IMG/VR virus record: IMGVR_UViG_2675903394_000003
Length of the DNA stretch: 29,878 nt
Direction: 5' to 3' (one strand)
Source: a virus
Taxonomy: Duplodnaviria; Heunggongvirae; Uroviricota; Caudoviricetes
The translations under genes were made by a program, and so were the position numbers. Within the stretch, counting starts at the first letter, position 1; each line of letters begins with the position of its first letter. This document shows, one piece after another, positions 26,812-29,878 of the stretch. The notes under the pieces were generated by a model that saw only the letters and a list, made by a program, of their open reading frames with translations, had not been told where the DNA came from and searched no databases.

Positions 26812-27113
26812 TACCAGCTCCTTTTGTAGTTCAGTTTCTTAAATTCATCAGCGCAATAGCTGGCGATTTCTGTCGTTAATTTCGTCAGTTCATCCACGGA
26901 GGAGATTTGCTTGTTAAATACAGCGCGTTTCACAAGTAAATTGACTACATCAGACAGGAGGTTTAATTCGTTCTGATAAATCGCGATAACAGATTCAGTT
27001 ATTTCGCGTTTTTCTTTATCAAGACCAAGTTGAATAAGAGACAAATCGCCATTTTTCATAACGGCGATTTTTAAGGTGTTATTCAGTAATACAACTGAAT
27101 GAGAACAGGACAT
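26811..27113 (-). CDS. Early-operon hypothetical protein (orf81-like), 100 aa
   Basis: ATG at 27111-27113; the track start at 27116 is a TTG. Confidence 0.6.
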   Translation of the reverse strand: MSCSHSVVLLNNTLKIAVMKNGDLSLIQLGLDKEKREITESVIAIYQNELNLLSDVVNLLVKRAVFNKQISSVDELTKLTTEIASYCADEFKKLNYKRSW

Positions 27114-27337
27114 CAAAGCACCTCCCCGCGAGATAATCCGATATTGTGAAATTTTTCCGACTCCTGACTGAGCAGCTCGACTATCTCCACGCGGGATAAC
27201 TCCGCCTTTGTGATGTGGCGAATCATGGCGTCAAGATGAGAAGAAAAGCGCGTCGCAGCGTCGGCCTGTGCTTCGGTTCTGGCCTGTTGCAGTAGTAATG
27301 CGTATTTACCGCACTGATTTTCAGAAACTGTATGCAT
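27113..27337 (-). CDS. Early-operon hypothetical protein (orf80-like), about 74 aa
   Basis: ATG at 27335-27337 preceded by GGAG; the track start at 27370 is a TTG. Confidence 0.55.
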   Translation of the reverse strand: MHTVSENQCGKYALLLQQARTEAQADAATRFSSHLDAMIRHITKAELSRVEIVELLSQESEKFHNIGLSRGEVL

Positions 27338-27400
27338 GACTTTCTCCAGGCAAAAAGAAGCCCCGCACAATTAAGTGCGTTAAAAACTCTGGTTAATTAC

Positions 27401-27901
27401 TTAATGCAGATATTGCTCTGGTTTTACCGACGTCAGAATTGTCGGTGCATACTCAAACAGACTGAATAATTCACGTAATGCACGGAATAAAGCATCACGC
27501 CAGTAACATGATTCTTCATTAATTCGCCAGTATGGCTGGTTAAATTCTTTTTCTGTCAGTCGTGCGTGCATAAATAAAGTGCGACGCTGACTGACGGTTA
27601 AAAAACTAATATATGCATACTCACTTGCGCCAACCTGACGGCGTTTTGAGAATGCCCCACGCAATTCATCAATTGCACATACCAGTCGTTCACGTTCGAC
27701 ATCATTCATTTCTTCAAAACGCATCGTTGCGTGACGCTGTTTTAACTGAGCATGGAAGCAAACCGTTAGTCGTTCGCGCTCCATCATCTGATTATAATAA
27801 TCGCATGTCTCCTGCCAGCGAGGGACGGCCAGATGCTTACCAATTATCCGGCGCATAGTTGCTGGCTGTTTTTCAACGAGATTGAGCGTCATCACTGTCA
27901 T
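27401..27901 (-). CDS. B: Replication protein B (helicase loader-like), 166 aa
   Basis: Length and position as P2 gpB; ATG overlaps the upstream ORF stop (ATGA). Confidence 0.82.
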   Translation of the reverse strand: MTVMTLNLVEKQPATMRRIIGKHLAVPRWQETCDYYNQMMERERLTVCFHAQLKQRHATMRFEEMNDVERERLVCAIDELRGAFSKRRQVGASEYAYISFLTVSQRRTLFMHARLTEKEFNQPYWRINEESCYWRDALFRALRELFSLFEYAPTILTSVKPEQYLH

Positions 27902-28095
27902 TTCCAGACCCTCCGGCTTTTCAGAAAGGTCAGAGCCTTTTTTAACGGACTCTGTTTTTTGGTACGGATAATGATTCCCTTGCGCCCCTTCCCGTGGGTG
28001 ATGGTGAAGTCAATCGCCCTGGGGCTTTCGTTACGCAATAACTGAGCAATACAACGAGGCTCATTCATGCTCACAACCCCATCCACAAAAGCCAT
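27898..28095 (-). CDS. Small early protein (orf78-like), 56-65 aa
   Basis: Stop overlaps the B start (translational coupling); start is either the ATG at 28095 or the ATG at 28068. Confidence 0.5.
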   Translation of the reverse strand: MAFVDGVVSMNEPRCIAQLLRNESPRAIDFTITHGKGRKGIIIRTKKQSPLKKALTFLKSRRVWK

Positions 28096-28343
28096 GCATC
28101 GCGCTGTTCAACCGGTCGGTTATAAAACGCCTCATGCACACCGCGATTGAACTCAGGAATGAAAACCAGTTTGTCGCCTGCGCGAGCATTTGGTTTGTTT
28201 GGATCACGAAACTCAACAACCGGCAGCTTATTAGCTTTAATCATTTCAACAACCGCAGTACGCGGTTTTCCGAGCAATTCTGCGAACTTATCAGGGTGTA
28301 CCGCGTCAATCGGATACTGAATTACATAGTTGTTTGCGTCCAT
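28071..28343 (-). CDS. cox: Cox-like excisionase / transcriptional regulator, 90 aa
   Basis: First early-operon gene opposite C; motifs KLPVVEF, RAGD and DAWLLWMGL resemble P2 Cox; ATG at 28341-28343 with AGGTG; the track start at 28388 is a TTG. Confidence 0.75.
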   Translation of the reverse strand: MDANNYVIQYPIDAVHPDKFAELLGKPRTAVVEMIKANKLPVVEFRDPNKPNARAGDKLVFIPEFNRGVHEAFYNRPVEQRDAWLLWMGL

Positions 28344-28491
28344 AAAACACACCTGTCGTGCTAATCTTATTTGTTCCAGCCCTTTCAAAACCGCTCAGGA
28401 ACGCTCCTGACTGGCTGGACTCACGCCCCAAAAGGTTTCCAAACAAGTACCTTTTGAGGGGAATATAGTCTCCATAAGGGAACCATGTCAA
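28344..28491. promoter_or_regulatory. Immunity switch region between cox and C, expected to hold Pe, Pc and operators
   Basis: Position between the early operon and the repressor gene; contains a perfect 8-bp inverted repeat CAAAAGGT-N12-ACCTTTTG at 28429-28456 and TCAGGA-N4-TCCTGA at 28395-28410. Confidence 0.55.
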
Positions 28492-28785
28492 ATGAAAATA
28501 TCGGAGAAACTTCGCGCAATCCGCAAAGCTGAGGGATTAACGCAAAAAAAATTTTGCGAACTTAGCGGATTAGCACTTAGCTCATTGAAAAATTACGAAG
28601 GAGGACATAAAGAGCCTGGACTACAAATCGTAAAGCAAGTGGTAAACACGCCTCTGTTTAAAAAATATACACTGTGGATTATGACAGATGAGGTTGCGCC
28701 AGAAGCCGGGCAGATTTCCCCGGTCGTCGCACACTCTGGGCAAGAAGAAACAACCTCGTCACACTCAGACCGCAAAACTGGCTAA
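28492..28785 (+). CDS. C: Immunity repressor C (HTH), 97 aa
   Basis: HTH-like segment LTQKKFCELSGLALSSLKNYE; C-terminal KYTLWIMTDEVAPEAGQISP...ETTSSHSDRKTG resembles P2 C; position before int. Confidence 0.8.
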   Translation: MKISEKLRAIRKAEGLTQKKFCELSGLALSSLKNYEGGHKEPGLQIVKQVVNTPLFKKYTLWIMTDEVAPEAGQISPVVAHSGQEETTSSHSDRKTG

Positions 28786-28897
28786 CTATTTACCGAAATT
28801 ACATGCACATAAAATGCATGTTACTGGTAAAAAAATATTCACCACACAACCATAAAGGGTCAAACAACAAGAAAACACGTGCTCATCGGAGGGCTTT

Positions 28898-29878
28898 ATG
28901 AGTATCAGAAAGCTCGATGATGGACGTTATGAAGTGGATATTAGGCCTCGCGGTCGCGATGGAAAGCGCATCCGCAGGAAATTTGAAAGAAAAGCTGAAG
29001 CACTAGCATTTGAGCGATACACAATCGCCAATGCCAGTCAGAAAGAATGGGGAGGCCAGCGAGCAGACCGCCGAACTTTGACAGAATTGCTCGACATCTG
29101 GTGGAAATACCACGGGCAAAACCACGAGCATGGGACAAAAGAGTTTAATCATCTGCTCAAAACCATCAGCGGTATAGGTGATATACCAGTGAGTCGGATG
29201 AACAAAAGGGCTTTGATGGATTATCGCTCCATGCGACTACGTGATGGCATCAGTGCTGCAACGATAAACCGCGACATGTACCGATTATCCGGCATGTTCA
29301 CAAAATTAATTCAATTAGATGAATTTTCCGGGCAACACCCAATTCACGGACTGCCGCCACTGACGGAGGCTAACCCTGAAATGACGTTCCTAGAAAAAGC
29401 AGAAATCGAAAAACTGCTAAATGTTTTGACTGGTGATGACTTACTTGTCGCGCTTTTATGTCTGAGCACTGGAGGAAGATGGACGGAAGTTGCCACGCTA
29501 AAACCAGCACAGATTACAAGTTGCAGGGTTACCTTCCTGAAAACCAAAAACGGTAAAAAGCGAACAGTGCCGATATCTGAGGAACTGGAGAAAAAAGTTA
29601 AAGAGGAGGCCAGCGCCAAATTGTTCAAGGTCGATTATGAGAAGTTTTGCGGGATTTTACGCAGAGTAAAACCTGACATACCTCCCAATCAGGCAACCCA
29701 CATTCTGCGGCATACATTCGCAAGCCATTTCATGATGAATGGGGGCAACATAATTGCACTGCAACAGATTCTGGGGCATGCGAGCATTCAGCAGACAATG
29801 ACCTATGCGCATCTTGCGCCTGACTACCTGCAGAACGCCGTCGCTCTGAATCCACTAAAAGGCGGAGTGACGTTATAA
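28898..29878 (+). CDS. int: Tyrosine integrase, 326 aa
   Basis: C-terminal catalytic signature HILRHTFASHFMMNGG...LGHASIQQTMTYAHL (R, H-x-x-R, Y); GGAGGG upstream; terminates at the window edge. Confidence 0.92.
   Translation: MSIRKLDDGRYEVDIRPRGRDGKRIRRKFERKAEALAFERYTIANASQKEWGGQRADRRTLTELLDIWWKYHGQNHEHGTKEFNHLLKTISGIGDIPVSRMNKRALMDYRSMRLRDGISAATINRDMYRLSGMFTKLIQLDEFSGQHPIHGLPPLTEANPEMTFLEKAEIEKLLNVLTGDDLLVALLCLSTGGRWTEVATLKPAQITSCRVTFLKTKNGKKRTVPISEELEKKVKEEASAKLFKVDYEKFCGILRRVKPDIPPNQATHILRHTFASHFMMNGGNIIALQQILGHASIQQTMTYAHLAPDYLQNAVALNPLKGGVTL

Larger units (their letters stand above)
1..29878. mobile_element. P2-like temperate phage (prophage), near-complete, from ogr stop to int stop; att sites expected just outside both window edges
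   Basis: Collinear P2 gene order with matching protein lengths (Q 344, P 590, O 284, N 357, M 247, L 169, FI 396, FII 172, T 815, U 159, D 387, Ogr 72, A 761, B 166); cos site present; int and ogr at opposite edges as in an integrated P2 prophage. Confidence 0.95.

Noticed and set aside
24040-28388. Track ORF starts at 26367 (A), 27116, 27370, 28388 (cox), 18195 (P) and 23600
   Set aside because: These first codons are TTG or GTG on inspection; downstream in-frame ATGs with Shine-Dalgarno sequences give protein lengths matching P2, so the shorter starts were used.
1-29878. CRISPR arrays, tRNA or rRNA genes
   Set aside because: No array of short direct repeats with unique spacers and no tRNA-like or rRNA-like segments were seen; the only tandem repeats are the coding repeats in H.

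Overview
The window is an almost complete P2-like (Peduovirus) prophage of an enterobacterial host, running from the late activator gene ogr at the left edge (stop codon at nt 1-3) to the integrase gene at the right edge (stop at nt 29876-29878). Gene order, sizes and recognisable protein sequences match the P2 map: ogr-D-U-T-E/E'-FII-FI-G-H-I-J-W-V-S-R-lysC/B/A-K-Y-X-L-M-N-O on the minus strand, P-Q on the plus strand, an intact 19-nt cos site, then the early operon A-orf83-orf82-orf81-orf80-B-orf78-cox on the minus strand and C-int on the plus strand. The structural module is ordinary. The unusual part is the AT-rich cargo between cos and replication gene A (about nt 21250-24040), the position where P2 carries old and tin. 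Here it holds two ORFs I cannot assign to a known family: a double-transmembrane protein and a cysteine-rich protein with an R-x4-H (HEPN-like) motif and C-terminal CxxC pairs. I propose these as a candidate two-gene anti-phage or exclusion system; that is an inference from position and composition, not a database result. Upstream of the cargo are an ASCH/DUF3850-like ORF translationally coupled to A and a further coupled small ORF. No tRNA, rRNA or CRISPR array was seen. All identifications rest on reading the supplied translations, synteny and remembered family features; no searches were run.
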